DNA of 64,000 nucleotides from a virus (IMGVR_UViG_3300049144_000095:96001-160000), one strand, 5' to 3'. Positions 9,107 through 18,443 are shown, counted from the first letter of the stretch. A program made the numbers and translations. Notes: generated by a model from the letters alone, not told the origin.

Positions 9107-9601
9107 ATGGACCTGATGCAGATGGCGGGTCACCTGTCACTGGAGTTCGGGGTCACGATGGAGGGGCCGTTCGGCGGTCCGCACATGCGAACCGTGCGGC
9201 TGTGGCTGCCGAACCGGCGCGGGGTGTCCCTGCTGGTCCGCGCGGGACACCACGACCCCGGAACGGCGGAGTTGCTGGTATTCCGGGAGAAGCTGCCGGA
9301 CCCGGACGTGATCTACCAAGGGATGACGCCGTGGCGGGAGGACTACTCGACGGTCGTCACGATCGACAGCCTGACGGTGGACATGGACAAGGCGCGTGCG
9401 GCGCTGCGGATCCTGCGGGAGCTGCCGGAGATCGACGTGCGGGACATGCGGGACACGCGGGAGCTGCGTTCGGCGGGGTTCGTCCACTACGGACACAGCA
9501 CCACGGCGTGCGGGAACCTGTGGCCGAACGACACCGTGACGGAGCACATCAAGGGCATCCGGTGCCTGCCGTGCATGGTGGAAGTGCACCGGCCGGTCTG
9601 A
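9107..9601 (+). CDS. hypothetical protein with C-terminal H/CG..CxxC zinc module (paralog of 9953-10480)
   Basis: ACGGAAAGGG upstream; VHYG..ACG..IRCLPC. Confidence 0.8.
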   Translation: MDLMQMAGHLSLEFGVTMEGPFGGPHMRTVRLWLPNRRGVSLLVRAGHHDPGTAELLVFREKLPDPDVIYQGMTPWREDYSTVVTIDSLTVDMDKARAALRILRELPEIDVRDMRDTRELRSAGFVHYGHSTTACGNLWPNDTVTEHIKGIRCLPCMVEVHRPV

Positions 9602-9632
9602 TCCGGGCGAACGGAAGGGAGGGAGAGGGAAC

Positions 9633-9851
9633 GTGGCGGCATGGGACAAGATCACCCTGGAGGGTGAACACGGCCAGTACCAGACCAGGGTGGCGGAGCT
9701 GGACCTGATGATCATGCGCTACCTGCCCGCATCCGTGGAGGACTTGCGGGACCTGATCCGAGAGCGCCAGGGGGACCCCGACTACAACGTGTCCACAGTC
9801 ACGGAAGGTCTCATGATCCTGGCCGAACTGGACGGATACGCCATCAACTAG
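9633..9851 (+). CDS. hypothetical protein
   Basis: ACGGAAGGGAGGGAGAGG upstream. Confidence 0.75.
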   Translation: MAAWDKITLEGEHGQYQTRVAELDLMIMRYLPASVEDLRDLIRERQGDPDYNVSTVTEGLMILAELDGYAIN

Positions 9852-9869
9852 AACGGTCTGGGCGGTGAT

Positions 9870-9908
9870 CTTCGGGGGCGTTCCGCTCTGCGGGACGTGC
9901 CCCGTGGG
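9870..9908 (+). repeat. intergenic stem-loop family member (CCGTGGG foot)
   Basis: CTTCGGGGGCG...TGCCCCGTGGG. Confidence 0.55.
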
Positions 9909-9952
9909 TTCCCGGTCGGGGACACGGGTGATGAAAGGGAGTGAAGTAGAGG

Positions 9953-10480
9953 GTGCGGACCTACGGATACAGGGTCGGCGTTACGTCTCTGGACATGGAT
10001 CCCGAGACCAGCCTGGTCAAGCGTCTGGAGTTCAAGGCGCCGGACCGACATGCGGCTGAGCGCATGATCGACGTGTGGGCGGCGGTGGAACGCAAGACGA
10101 TCACGTCCCGGGTGCTGCTCGCTGACGGGGTCACGTTCCTGGAGGCCGGGAAGTTGCGGATCACCGGTCTCGCCATGGAACTTTCGAACATGTTCAAGGC
10201 GTCCGTCACCGGACCGTTCGAGTTCGGGTACGGCAGTGCGCCGGGCTGGGCGGTCCGCGTGATCATGCGGAACGGGTACGGCGTGAGCATCGCGACGGGC
10301 GGCCCGCACAAGAACGACCCGCCGCCGGTGATCGAGTTCACCACCTGCCACGACGACGGGACGTACGTGCGGTGGGACGTCTGCCCGGACGTGCTGATGG
10401 GCGGGCAGCGCGGGACCGAGGACGGCAGTACGGACCTGGACGAGATCGTCGCGGTCATGCGCAAGCTGCCGCAACCCTGA
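9953..10480 (+). CDS. hypothetical protein (C-terminal half paralogous to 9107-9601)
   Basis: GPF..VR..NGYGVS motif. Confidence 0.8.
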   Translation: MRTYGYRVGVTSLDMDPETSLVKRLEFKAPDRHAAERMIDVWAAVERKTITSRVLLADGVTFLEAGKLRITGLAMELSNMFKASVTGPFEFGYGSAPGWAVRVIMRNGYGVSIATGGPHKNDPPPVIEFTTCHDDGTYVRWDVCPDVLMGGQRGTEDGSTDLDEIVAVMRKLPQP

Positions 10481-10510
10481 CGGTAACGAACGGGTTACAC
10501 TCTGCGGGAA

Positions 10511-10522
10511 CGGCCTAGGTCA
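10511..10522. promoter_or_regulatory. Palindromic operator-like site 3 (CGGCCTAGGTCA)
   Basis: Intergenic; matches consensus. Confidence 0.7.
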
Positions 10523-10580
10523 TTGTCATTTCACCGCTAGAGTCTGCACTGGGATCGCGGAAAGACGGAAAGGGAAGAAC

Positions 10581-10940
10581 GTGAAACTGAACCTGCGGCA
10601 TTCGGACAACGCGGGTACGGAACTGTGGCGTCAGTACCAGGACGTCCTGAGGGCGGCGAGCGCGGCCGACCAGCCGGGAACGCTTCCGACGGGCGCGAGC
10701 AAGGTCACCGCTACCCCGGCGGGCGGGGAGCTGAGCCAGCTTCCGCCCGAATGGCAGAAGGAAGCCGCGCACGCCTCGCACGTCATCTACCACTACGGAA
10801 CACCGATCGCCTGGATCGACGTCCGGGACAACGTGTGGGTCGTGCCGCCGGAGAAGTACAGCCCGGGAACCACCGGCGCCCAGAACCGCATCCGCGACCG
10901 GCTCGGGAACACGCCGTACCGCACGGCGCCGGTGGGCTGA
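10581..10940 (+). CDS. conserved phage-type hypothetical protein
   Basis: Y.YGTPIAW...W.VP..KYS.GTT..Q motif recalled from actinophage small proteins. Confidence 0.8.
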   Translation: MKLNLRHSDNAGTELWRQYQDVLRAASAADQPGTLPTGASKVTATPAGGELSQLPPEWQKEAAHASHVIYHYGTPIAWIDVRDNVWVVPPEKYSPGTTGAQNRIRDRLGNTPYRTAPVG

Positions 10941-10955
10941 CCGGTCGGTGACGTT

Positions 10956-10989
10956 CGGGAGCGCCCCGTGGAAGCGGGGCGTTCCAGTG
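10956..10989 (+). repeat. intergenic stem-loop family member
   Basis: CGGGAGCGCCCCG/CGGGGCGTTCCAGTG. Confidence 0.75.
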
Positions 10990-11017
10990 CATTACCGGAC
11001 GGAATGGGAGAAGAGAA

Positions 11018-11323
11018 ATGATGGACGGCATCCCGATGGTGCAGCTCAAGGACGGCGCCTCGGTTCCGAAGGTGACCGTGACGACGGCACTCATGAACCT
11101 TCAGCACCTCCGCAACACCAACCCGGTCGCCCTGTTCGAGCTGGTGGAGATCGCCCGGAACCCCGGTCACGTGCCGTTCCCCGGGACGAAGGACGCACTC
11201 CAGAAGATGAGCATGCTTGACGGGTTGGGGAAGATCCACGACGACACCCGGAAGGTCATCGTCAACGCCATCCCGGGGGACCTCATGGAGCTGCGGATCG
11301 TCGACCCGATGACCGGCGAGTAG
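11018..11323 (+). CDS. hypothetical protein
   Basis: GGGAGAAGAGAA upstream. Confidence 0.8.
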   Translation: MMDGIPMVQLKDGASVPKVTVTTALMNLQHLRNTNPVALFELVEIARNPGHVPFPGTKDALQKMSMLDGLGKIHDDTRKVIVNAIPGDLMELRIVDPMTGE

Positions 11324-11332
11324 GGGACGGAC

Positions 11333-11521
11333 ATGACGGACGCGGAGTACGTGGGGCGGGAGTTCCGTAAGGCGCTCAAGGACCGTGACGGTGGGCCGGT
11401 CGAGACGGTCCGCGTCAAGGCGGAGGGGCCGACGGGGAGTTCCCGCTGGGTCACCGTGAGCGTGGGGACGTGGGAGCGGATGATCGCCGCCGGGGTGGCG
11501 GCGATCGGGAAGAGTGAGTGA
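11333..11521 (+). CDS. hypothetical protein
   Basis: Co-oriented; coupled to the next ORF. Confidence 0.7.
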   Translation: MTDAEYVGREFRKALKDRDGGPVETVRVKAEGPTGSSRWVTVSVGTWERMIAAGVAAIGKSE

Positions 11522-11958
11522 TGGGGCACCGGGTCACACAGCGGCACGTCGAAGAGGTCAACCGGGGCGACCTGATCCAGGTTGCGGGCGGGTACGTCAT
11601 CGCGGACACCCTGAGTGCGCGCTCCGCGTCCTCGGCGGACCTCACACCCGTGCCGTTCTGGTATGACACGGACGGCGAGAGGCACTACCCGAACCCGACG
11701 GACAACACGCTGACGGTGGTGGACGACCCACCCTTCCAGACGCACGCGCACGGCCGGAGCGCCGGGAAGGACGCCGCCGGGCATGCGCTGGACAAGGCGG
11801 ATGCGGCGCTGTGCCCGGACGGGCGACGGTCCGGGACGCTGGACAAGTTGGAGTCCGGCACGGCCCTTGCGGCTGTCACGTGCAAGCCGTGCCGCCGGAT
11901 CATCGGGCTCGTCGGCCAGGCGCGCGGGGAGCGCAAGCGCGAGAGCAACGGGATCTGA
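11518..11958 (+). CDS. hypothetical protein with C-terminal zinc module
   Basis: H..ALC..VTCKPC; start overlaps upstream stop. Confidence 0.75.
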   Translation: MMGHRVTQRHVEEVNRGDLIQVAGGYVIADTLSARSASSADLTPVPFWYDTDGERHYPNPTDNTLTVVDDPPFQTHAHGRSAGKDAAGHALDKADAALCPDGRRSGTLDKLESGTALAAVTCKPCRRIIGLVGQARGERKRESNGI

Positions 11959-11960
11959 TC

Positions 11961-12140
11961 ATGGCGGAGACCTGGGACGGCCGGAACACCATGGTCTGCA
12001 CGTACGGGGGCGGCATTTCCGTGCTGACCACGGGCGGCGGGAAGCCTAGCGAAAGCGTCCAGTACACAGCGGAGGAGGCCCTGAAGCTGGCTGAGGAGAT
12101 CGCCGACGTAGCGCGTCGACAGCTCAGCGATCAGGGCTGA
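11961..12140 (+). CDS. hypothetical protein
   Basis: Co-oriented; GC3-rich. Confidence 0.7.
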   Translation: MAETWDGRNTMVCTYGGGISVLTTGGGKPSESVQYTAEEALKLAEEIADVARRQLSDQG

Positions 12141-12154
12141 CGGAAGGGGGAGGC

Positions 12155-12358
12155 ATGGACGGACTGACGGCGGAGGAAGTTGCCCGGGAGATCCGGGCGG
12201 AGGTGGAGATCGCGGACGAGGCGGACGACTTGGCCGCGCACCGCGCCCTGCGGATGCTCTCGAACAGGTTCAGCCGCTTGTTCATGGAGCGGAACCCCGG
12301 GTTCAGCGTCCCTGTGTTCGAGCGGGAGTGCGGACTGGTCGAGGACCGGGATTCATGA
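12155..12358 (+). CDS. hypothetical protein
   Basis: ACGGAAGGGGGAGG upstream. Confidence 0.75.
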   Translation: MDGLTAEEVAREIRAEVEIADEADDLAAHRALRMLSNRFSRLFMERNPGFSVPVFERECGLVEDRDS

Positions 12359-12654
12359 CGGTCCGGCTGGTCGCCGTGGATCCCTGGGACTGCGGCTGCA
12401 ACGAGTGCTGTACGGGCGAGTACGTTGCGCTCCGTTTCGCGACGGACGAGAACGTCGCGGACATGCTGGCCGGAAGGCTGGCGAACCACCTGAACAACGG
12501 GACGGAACTGGACGTCACGACCACGTACCGGGTCGATTCGACCGGCAGGCGCACGGAGTTGGCGGCGGAGCGGGTCACGGTCATCTACACGCACTACGAC
12601 GGGCAGAGCAAGACGTGGGAGCCGGACCCGTACCGTGCGGGCCTGATCAAGTAA
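12355..12654 (+). CDS. hypothetical protein
   Basis: ATGA overlap; CGCNEC motif. Confidence 0.75.
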   Translation: MTVRLVAVDPWDCGCNECCTGEYVALRFATDENVADMLAGRLANHLNNGTELDVTTTYRVDSTGRRTELAAERVTVIYTHYDGQSKTWEPDPYRAGLIK

Positions 12655-12676
12655 GACGGAAAGGGAGGAAACAGAA

Positions 12677-13159
12677 ATGGCGCAGTTCACGGAGACGCCG
12701 GGCCGCGAACGCAACCCCCTCGGCGGGCGGGAGGCCGACGGCTTCGATCAGTGGTTGCGGGAGGCCACGCAGCTCATGGGGGAGTCGGAGGACAGCCTCC
12801 GAGAGGAACTGCCCCTGGGTAACCCCATGCGCTACGTGGCCGTCGAGGCCTCCGCTCACTACGGGCGGATGCTGGGTGCCTGGAAGGAAGTCAGCAAGGG
12901 TCACGGGGGCGACGGGGCGCGGGACCGGTTCGAGGTCAACCTGATCTCGGCGGTGATGAGCGCCCACGGTGCGGCGGAGTACGCCCGGAGCCGGAGGTAC
13001 GGTCCGGACGACACCACGGCGGGCGGGCGGCCGATGGCGGACGTCGGGGCGGAGTACCTGCGGGCGTGCACGATCCTCGCGAAGTACGTGGGCGTCAACG
13101 AGCTGGACGTGCACGCCTGCGGCGGGGACCAGGCCAAGCTGTCCGCCCTGCGGGCCTGA
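12677..13159 (+). CDS. hypothetical protein
   Basis: ACGGAAAGGGAGG upstream. Confidence 0.8.
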   Translation: MAQFTETPGRERNPLGGREADGFDQWLREATQLMGESEDSLREELPLGNPMRYVAVEASAHYGRMLGAWKEVSKGHGGDGARDRFEVNLISAVMSAHGAAEYARSRRYGPDDTTAGGRPMADVGAEYLRACTILAKYVGVNELDVHACGGDQAKLSALRA

Positions 13160-13175
13160 CGGAAGGGGCGGAACG

Positions 13176-13412
13176 GTGGGCGTCGAATACACCGACCCGG
13201 GCAAGGTGTCGGAGGTCAGCGTCACACAAGTGCCGGTCAGTGGACAGACGGCGACCAGGTACGGGGCGAAGATCCCGACCTGTCACATGATCAAATACGA
13301 CGGTGCGTGGCGGAGGGTCTATGTCATGAACTACTCAACCCCGTACGTCAGGGTCACGGGACGCGATGTGGTGCTGGACTCGGAGACTCAGCACCGGCTG
13401 AACGTGATCTGA
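13176..13412 (+). CDS. conserved phage-type hypothetical protein
   Basis: YG.KIPT..M..Y.G.WRRVY motif recalled from small phage proteins. Confidence 0.75.
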   Translation: MGVEYTDPGKVSEVSVTQVPVSGQTATRYGAKIPTCHMIKYDGAWRRVYVMNYSTPYVRVTGRDVVLDSETQHRLNVI

Positions 13413-13424
13413 CGGAGCGGCGAT

Positions 13425-13477
13425 CTTCGGGGCGGCACGGGGGGTGACTCCGTGTGGCTCCGTGGGTCGGACGATCC
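13425..13477 (+). repeat. intergenic stem-loop family member (CCGTGGG foot)
   Basis: CTTCGGGG...CTCCGTGGGTCGGACGATCC; near copy at 14616. Confidence 0.65.
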
Positions 13478-13497
13478 GGACGGAAAGGAGTGGGGGC

Positions 13498-13689
13498 ATG
13501 GCTGACGGCACGGACAAAATCAAGATCGAGACGGCGGAGGACGGAACGCTCACGCTCTCGGGGTTGACCCCGAATCAGGGGTGGCTGATCTACAGCGGAC
13601 TCTGGCAGATGCTGACGGAGCAGGACGACGAGGAAGCTGGGCAGCTCGGCGAAGCCATCTCGGCCCAGCTCGGAGTCAACGGCCACTGA
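13498..13689 (+). CDS. hypothetical protein
   Basis: ACGGAAAGGAG upstream. Confidence 0.75.
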   Translation: MADGTDKIKIETAEDGTLTLSGLTPNQGWLIYSGLWQMLTEQDDEEAGQLGEAISAQLGVNGH

Positions 13690-13712
13690 GGCCGACGGAA
13701 AGGAGTGGGAAC

Positions 13713-14114
13713 GTGGCCTACGTGATTGAAGTCAACAAGCGGGACGTCTCGCGGTACGCGGAGGAGTGTGAGTTCAAGAACGACGACGACCACGAGTGCG
13801 ACGACCAGTGCCGCTACCTGGACGGGGACGTGCGGGAGATTCGCGACTACGGCAAGGCGGAGTACGAGTACGACCCGGACGACGCGGAGCTGTACGGGAC
13901 GCCGGTCCAGTGGGCGTCGGAGTACCTGGGAGGCCACAACTTCCCGGCTCTGAACAAGCCGCAGATCCACGACGGCAAGGTCAGCGAGCACGAGTGGCTG
14001 TCGGCCAGCGACCCGCACCCGTATCAGGAACACGAGACGGAGTACAGCATCTACCTGCGGGGGGACTGGACGCCGGAAGAGCGGGCGCAGGTCTTCGAAG
14101 CGGTCGGGCACTGA
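13713..14114 (+). CDS. highly acidic hypothetical protein
   Basis: 33 D/E of 133 aa (hand count); ACGGAAAGGAG upstream. Confidence 0.8.
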   Translation: MAYVIEVNKRDVSRYAEECEFKNDDDHECDDQCRYLDGDVREIRDYGKAEYEYDPDDAELYGTPVQWASEYLGGHNFPALNKPQIHDGKVSEHEWLSASDPHPYQEHETEYSIYLRGDWTPEERAQVFEAVGH

Positions 14115-14125
14115 GGGGGTTACGG

Positions 14126-14602
14126 GTGAAGCACACGTACCTGTACCCCCTGAAGGACGGGGAGCTGCCGCTCTGGCGGATGGCTCGCACGGGGGCGGCC
14201 GACCTGTTCGATTCCCCCCAGGAGGAACCGCCGAGCGTCATGTGGGAGCACTACATGCGGCTCAGCGACGCTCTGGGGGCCGCCCGGGACGAACTGCACA
14301 AGCGGCTGGAGTCCCGGGACCGCATCTGCATCGGGCGGCACTACATGATCCCCGGTTCACTGTGCGAGGTGGCACAGAGTCACGAGAGAGACGCGGATCA
14401 GGTGGTCCGCTACGTCACCCGGGAACTGTGGGACGCACCGCTGTTCTACGGGATCACGTGGGCCAACGTGGTCGGCACGCTCCAGAGGGCGGCGGGGCAG
14501 GACGGCCGTGACGAGTGGGCGGAGATCCAGGGGTTCTGCGCAGTCAACAGGATGTCGAAGGACAACGGGAAGGGCATTCGCGTGGTCCCGGTGTGGATGT
14601 GA
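14126..14602 (+). CDS. hypothetical protein
   Basis: GAGGGG upstream. Confidence 0.75.
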   Translation: MKHTYLYPLKDGELPLWRMARTGAADLFDSPQEEPPSVMWEHYMRLSDALGAARDELHKRLESRDRICIGRHYMIPGSLCEVAQSHERDADQVVRYVTRELWDAPLFYGITWANVVGTLQRAAGQDGRDEWAEIQGFCAVNRMSKDNGKGIRVVPVWM

Positions 14603-14615
14603 AGGGACCGACGTA

Positions 14616-14667
14616 CTTCGGGGGTGCGCGGGAGTGATCCCGCGTGCCTCCGTGGGCCGGACGATCC
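14616..14667 (+). repeat. intergenic stem-loop family member (CCGTGGG foot)
   Basis: CTTCGGGGGTGCGCGGGA/TCCCGCGTGCCTCCGTGGGCCGGACGATCC. Confidence 0.65.
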
Positions 14668-14685
14668 AAGCGGAAGGGAGAGAAC

Positions 14686-14922
14686 GTGGGTGAGGCCCGG
14701 CTGGACGAGGTCAACAGGAAGATCGCGGAACTGGAAGCGCGGAGAGCCGAACTCCTGGATCCGAAGCGACAGGAGATCCGGGAAGCGTACGGAGAGTTGG
14801 AGCGGGTCCTGAACCGGCTCGATGAGCTGGGTGAGAACGTGTCGAACGGCGACGGATATGCCGTCCATGTCGTCGGATCTCGGTTCCGCTACACGCACGG
14901 CGACGACCTTCAGGAGAGGTGA
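14686..14922 (+). CDS. coiled-coil hypothetical protein
   Basis: GCGGAAGGGAGAG upstream. Confidence 0.75.
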   Translation: MGEARLDEVNRKIAELEARRAELLDPKRQEIREAYGELERVLNRLDELGENVSNGDGYAVHVVGSRFRYTHGDDLQER

Positions 14923-14928
14923 AGAGAC

Positions 14929-15354
14929 ATGCTGGACAGTTGGGTGATCACGGACGCCGACGAGACCTGGGACTTCCGGGTCGAGGTCAAGCGGGACGAC
15001 CAAGCGGGACGGCCGGAGGGGAACGCCGACGTCTACGACGCCGAGATCATGGAGAAGGAGAGTCCCGAGGCGGTGCAGTGGGCCCGGGACGCCGTGAAGG
15101 CGTGGGAGCGCGACGACTGGTGCTTCGCCGTGATCTTCGTGACGCCGGTCCTCAAGGGAGCGGACGTCACCTTCGGTGAGGCCACGGACGTGCTCGGCGG
15201 GTGTGACTGGGGGTGGCTGCCCGGCGGGGAGGACGGGAAGGGCACGAACACCAGCGACCGCGACTATGCCCGGGAGGCCTGGATCAACGACATGATCGGC
15301 GAGGCCAAGAGCAAGGCGGGCGAACTACTGAAGAAGATCAAGGGTTCGGACTGA
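14929..15354 (+). CDS. acidic hypothetical protein (paralog of 32482-32883)
   Basis: 32 D/E of 141 aa (hand count); W.F..+.VTPV motif. Confidence 0.8.
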   Translation: MLDSWVITDADETWDFRVEVKRDDQAGRPEGNADVYDAEIMEKESPEAVQWARDAVKAWERDDWCFAVIFVTPVLKGADVTFGEATDVLGGCDWGWLPGGEDGKGTNTSDRDYAREAWINDMIGEAKSKAGELLKKIKGSD

Positions 15355-15364
15355 AGGGCGCCTC

Positions 15365-15673
15365 GTGGAGATCGCAGTAAGCGGCCAGACGATCACGTGC
15401 GTGACCCGAGGGGAGTTCACGGGCAGGCGGCCTGAGTTCGACGTCGCCTTCGGCACCTCCGGAGCGTATGTCGCGGTGGAGTACGAGTGCCGGTTCACCT
15501 ACGACAACGGACAGTGGGACACGCGCGCTGTCACGGTCGTGGGTGCTGCCAAGAAGGGCGATGGGAGCGTCGGCCGCCGCACGCGCAGCGTGCACTTCAT
15601 CGTGAGTGCCGAGGGCACCCCGGACTGGGTGCCGTCCCTCATCGAGCGCGTTCGCGCGACCATCACGTTCTGA
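15365..15673 (+). CDS. hypothetical protein (paralog of 46474-46809)
   Basis: W..V.VVG..K.G.G..R...V.F..G.PDW. Confidence 0.75.
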   Translation: MEIAVSGQTITCVTRGEFTGRRPEFDVAFGTSGAYVAVEYECRFTYDNGQWDTRAVTVVGAAKKGDGSVGRRTRSVHFIVSAEGTPDWVPSLIERVRATITF

Positions 15674-15700
15674 CGTACGGACGGAAGGGAGAAGGAATGG

Positions 15701-15991
15701 ATGAGCGGCAAGGTGCTGGGCGACTACGCCATCCTCAAGGACTCGGTGCATGACGCGCTCAACTACGAGTCGGAGGACCAGCGGTACATGATCCTCTCGA
15801 CGGGTGTGCACGGCGACGGTCCGGAGTACGGGCACGGAGTCTCGTTCGCCACGACGCTCGGCAGGGCGCACGGTGACGCCGACTGGGCGGGAACCTACGG
15901 GAAGCACTCGATCGTCGTGGACCTGGAGAACATGGTGTTCACGCCATGGGACAAGCTGCCGGTCGTGTACGACAGCACGAACGAGGGCTGA
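15701..15991 (+). CDS. hypothetical protein
   Basis: ACGGAAGGGAGAAGG upstream. Confidence 0.8.
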   Translation: MSGKVLGDYAILKDSVHDALNYESEDQRYMILSTGVHGDGPEYGHGVSFATTLGRAHGDADWAGTYGKHSIVVDLENMVFTPWDKLPVVYDSTNEG

Positions 15992-16007
15992 CCGAAGCGT
16001 GCCGGTT

Positions 16008-16040
16008 CGGGAGGGTGCGGCGCAGCCGTGCCTTCCAGTG
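16008..16040 (+). repeat. intergenic stem-loop family member
   Basis: CGGGAGGGTGCGG/CCGTGCCTTCCAGTG. Confidence 0.7.
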
Positions 16041-16076
16041 CCAGTACGAAACGGACGGAAAGGACAAGAAACGATC

Positions 16077-16574
16077 ATGACCAAGAGCCTGGACGAACTG
16101 CTGCACGGACCGAGCGCGCTGCCGGTGCTGGTGCGGGCCGACGGGACTTACGAGACGGCCGCGTACCCGCCCGTCACGATGGCGGAGTATGCCCCGGAGT
16201 CGATCATGATCGACTGGTCGGGCGACTGGGACATGCCCGACGTACTGGAAGGACACGAGCGTGACGCCATCGCTCGTATCGAGAACGGGTGGCGGGTGCT
16301 GACCGGGTGGGCCGGACCGGGAACTCTGTTCATCTTCGACGCCGGTCAGCGGCACTTCGGGCGCGACCTGGAGGAACACATCCTGGAGACGCCGGGCCTA
16401 TGGGCGATCGTCTCGGTGGAAATACAGCCGCCGCACTGTGACGTCGGGGACGACGGGATGCCGTGTGCCGATTTCGCGGAGCACGAGCGCTGCGAACACG
16501 TCGACTGCCTGGCAGAGTCGCAGGCGGCCGGATGGGCGCTGATCCACAAGGAAATCCCGGAGGGCGGGAAGTGA
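16077..16574 (+). CDS. conserved phage-type hypothetical protein
   Basis: GW.VL.GW.G...F...G.DLEEHILETPG.W motif; Cys/His tail. Confidence 0.8.
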   Translation: MTKSLDELLHGPSALPVLVRADGTYETAAYPPVTMAEYAPESIMIDWSGDWDMPDVLEGHERDAIARIENGWRVLTGWAGPGTLFIFDAGQRHFGRDLEEHILETPGLWAIVSVEIQPPHCDVGDDGMPCADFAEHERCEHVDCLAESQAAGWALIHKEIPEGGK

Positions 16575-16792
16575 GCGGATCGGCGGAGCTGAACTGGGTG
16601 ACCTGGAACGGCCACCCGGCAAGCGGTACCAGGTACCAGGAAGCCACGGACGGCGACGGTAAGACGTGGGCACGGGTGCGGGTGGGTGAGGAAGTCGTGT
16701 TCGGTCCGACAGTCGACACCGACAAGGCGTATGCGGAGTACAACCGCAGGTACGTCGACTACACGAGCAAGATCGAGAAGGAGAACGCGTGA
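16571..16792 (+). CDS. hypothetical protein
   Basis: GTGA overlap. Confidence 0.7.
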   Translation: MSGSAELNWVTWNGHPASGTRYQEATDGDGKTWARVRVGEEVVFGPTVDTDKAYAEYNRRYVDYTSKIEKENA

Positions 16793-17223
16793 CGCACTAC
16801 AGCATCGGCGAGGAACGCGACGGATCGTTCGAGGGCTGGCGGGAGTGGCCGTTCCTGATCGACGGCGACGAGCGCGGCAAGGTCGAGTACACCGGCAAGG
16901 GATACCGGGCGGACGTCACGTACACCGGCGTCGAGCGGCTGTCCCTGCGCCTGGCCGTGGCCGACGGGGAGCGGCAGGCGGAGGCGAAGCGTGGCCAGTT
17001 CTCCGGGACCGGGGTGAACGTCGAGGTCAGGGCGCTCGCCGCCACGGACACGAAGCCGTCCCGGCTGGCGGTCATCGCCGGGGACGGCACCCGCACGGAA
17101 GTGCCGTGGGATCACAGCTACGAGGGGATCCGGCTCGCCGAGACGGCGGTCCGGCGGATGATGCCAGACGCGGAGCCGGTGTACATCAAGGGCACCAAAG
17201 ACGGCTGGCTGTTCCGGATCTGA
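16789..17223 (+). CDS. hypothetical protein
   Basis: GTGA overlap; GAAGGAG upstream. Confidence 0.8.
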   Translation: MTHYSIGEERDGSFEGWREWPFLIDGDERGKVEYTGKGYRADVTYTGVERLSLRLAVADGERQAEAKRGQFSGTGVNVEVRALAATDTKPSRLAVIAGDGTRTEVPWDHSYEGIRLAETAVRRMMPDAEPVYIKGTKDGWLFRI

Positions 17224-17237
17224 GGAAAGGGAAGATC

Positions 17238-17624
17238 GTGACTGACACCTGGCGGGTCGAAGACATCCCGGCCTATCAGTTCGACGGCAGCGGACGGCGC
17301 CCGATGACGGACGAGGACGCGGCAATGTCCGCCCCGTCCGTTCTGATCAGGGACGTCACGCTGGAGGAGGCGCAGCGCAAGCTGTTCGGACACCTGACCG
17401 CCAACCGTGAGTACGCCAAGCGGCGCAACGGGGACCGCGCCTACACCGAGGCAATCGAGGCTCTGGGGCGCGGTGTCCGCATGGTCCAGGTCGGCGGGCG
17501 GGGTTTCCGCATCAGGGACGTCGCCGCCTGTGAAGGAGAGCACGGCCTGTACAAGAACTGCGCGGTCTGCACCCCCGAGAACCACCCGAAGTTCGATCCC
17601 ATCGTCCTGCGTCCGTACCGCTGA
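17238..17624 (+). CDS. hypothetical protein with C-terminal C.H..CxxC
   Basis: GGAAAGGGAAG upstream. Confidence 0.8.
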   Translation: MTDTWRVEDIPAYQFDGSGRRPMTDEDAAMSAPSVLIRDVTLEEAQRKLFGHLTANREYAKRRNGDRAYTEAIEALGRGVRMVQVGGRGFRIRDVAACEGEHGLYKNCAVCTPENHPKFDPIVLRPYR

Positions 17625-17635
17625 GCGGGGATGTT

Positions 17636-17681
17636 CGGGAAGATTCGGAGTCTTCCACTCCGGATTCCGAATCTTCCAGTG
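17636..17681 (+). repeat. intergenic stem-loop family member
   Basis: 12-bp stem GGAAGATTCGGA/TCCGAATCTTCC then AGTG. Confidence 0.75.
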
Positions 17682-17735
17682 CATCTCTGACCGGTGACGA
17701 ACAACCCGAATCGGAACGAAATAGGAGAAGGAGAC

Positions 17736-18248
17736 ATGGAAGGCGCACCGCTCTGCCCCCTGTGCAGGATCCGGCCGTGCGAGTACGACAGCGAACCGCC
17801 GGGACCGGGCGGCCACTTCAGTACATGCACCACGTGCTTGCTGCTCTACGGATATCGGGAGCACAACCACACCTACTACCCCAGCCCGGCGCAGGTGGCG
17901 GCCGGTACGTACAAGGCGGGTCACTCGTGGCGCACCTCGGTCTCGGTCCATCCGCTCTGGGAGAACGGGAAGCTCGTCGGTTTCCGCTGTTCCGAGTTCA
18001 GCGAGTGCGGATGGGAGCGCCGGTTCACACCCGAGGAACTGGAGCCGTGCTGTGTGCACAGCACGGCCGTGTACCCGATCGTGAAGATCAAGGGGTTGTG
18101 CTTCACGAGCCGGAAGCACCGGGCGGAACGCGGAGAGTGCGACGAGCGCGGTTACATCACGGACTACGGACGGGAGCAGGAACGGCTGCGCTCGGACGCC
18201 GCGAACTGGGACCCGGGCCGGTGCATCGAGAGGGTGAGGCAAGGGTGA
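17736..18248 (+). CDS. Cys-rich multi-zinc-finger-like protein
   Basis: CPLC, CTTC, C..C, CC; AGGAGAAGGAG upstream. Confidence 0.75.
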   Translation: MEGAPLCPLCRIRPCEYDSEPPGPGGHFSTCTTCLLLYGYREHNHTYYPSPAQVAAGTYKAGHSWRTSVSVHPLWENGKLVGFRCSEFSECGWERRFTPEELEPCCVHSTAVYPIVKIKGLCFTSRKHRAERGECDERGYITDYGREQERLRSDAANWDPGRCIERVRQG

Positions 18249-18430
18249 GCGAGCCGTATCGGAAGGGCTACAAGATCACCCCGAACGGCGGAGCGGAGAT
18301 CTTCACACCCTGCCCGACGGTCGCCTGGGAGTGGAAGGCCTCGCCGTCCGCGAAGGTGGTGGAGGTCGCCATGGACGGGCCGGAGCACGATCCGGACGAG
18401 TGCAAGACCTGTGTGCAGTACATGAGCTGA
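18245..18430 (+). CDS. hypothetical protein (H..D.CxxC)
   Basis: GTGA overlap. Confidence 0.7.
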   Translation: MSEPYRKGYKITPNGGAEIFTPCPTVAWEWKASPSAKVVEVAMDGPEHDPDECKTCVQYMS

Positions 18431-18443
18431 CGGCGGGAGCATT

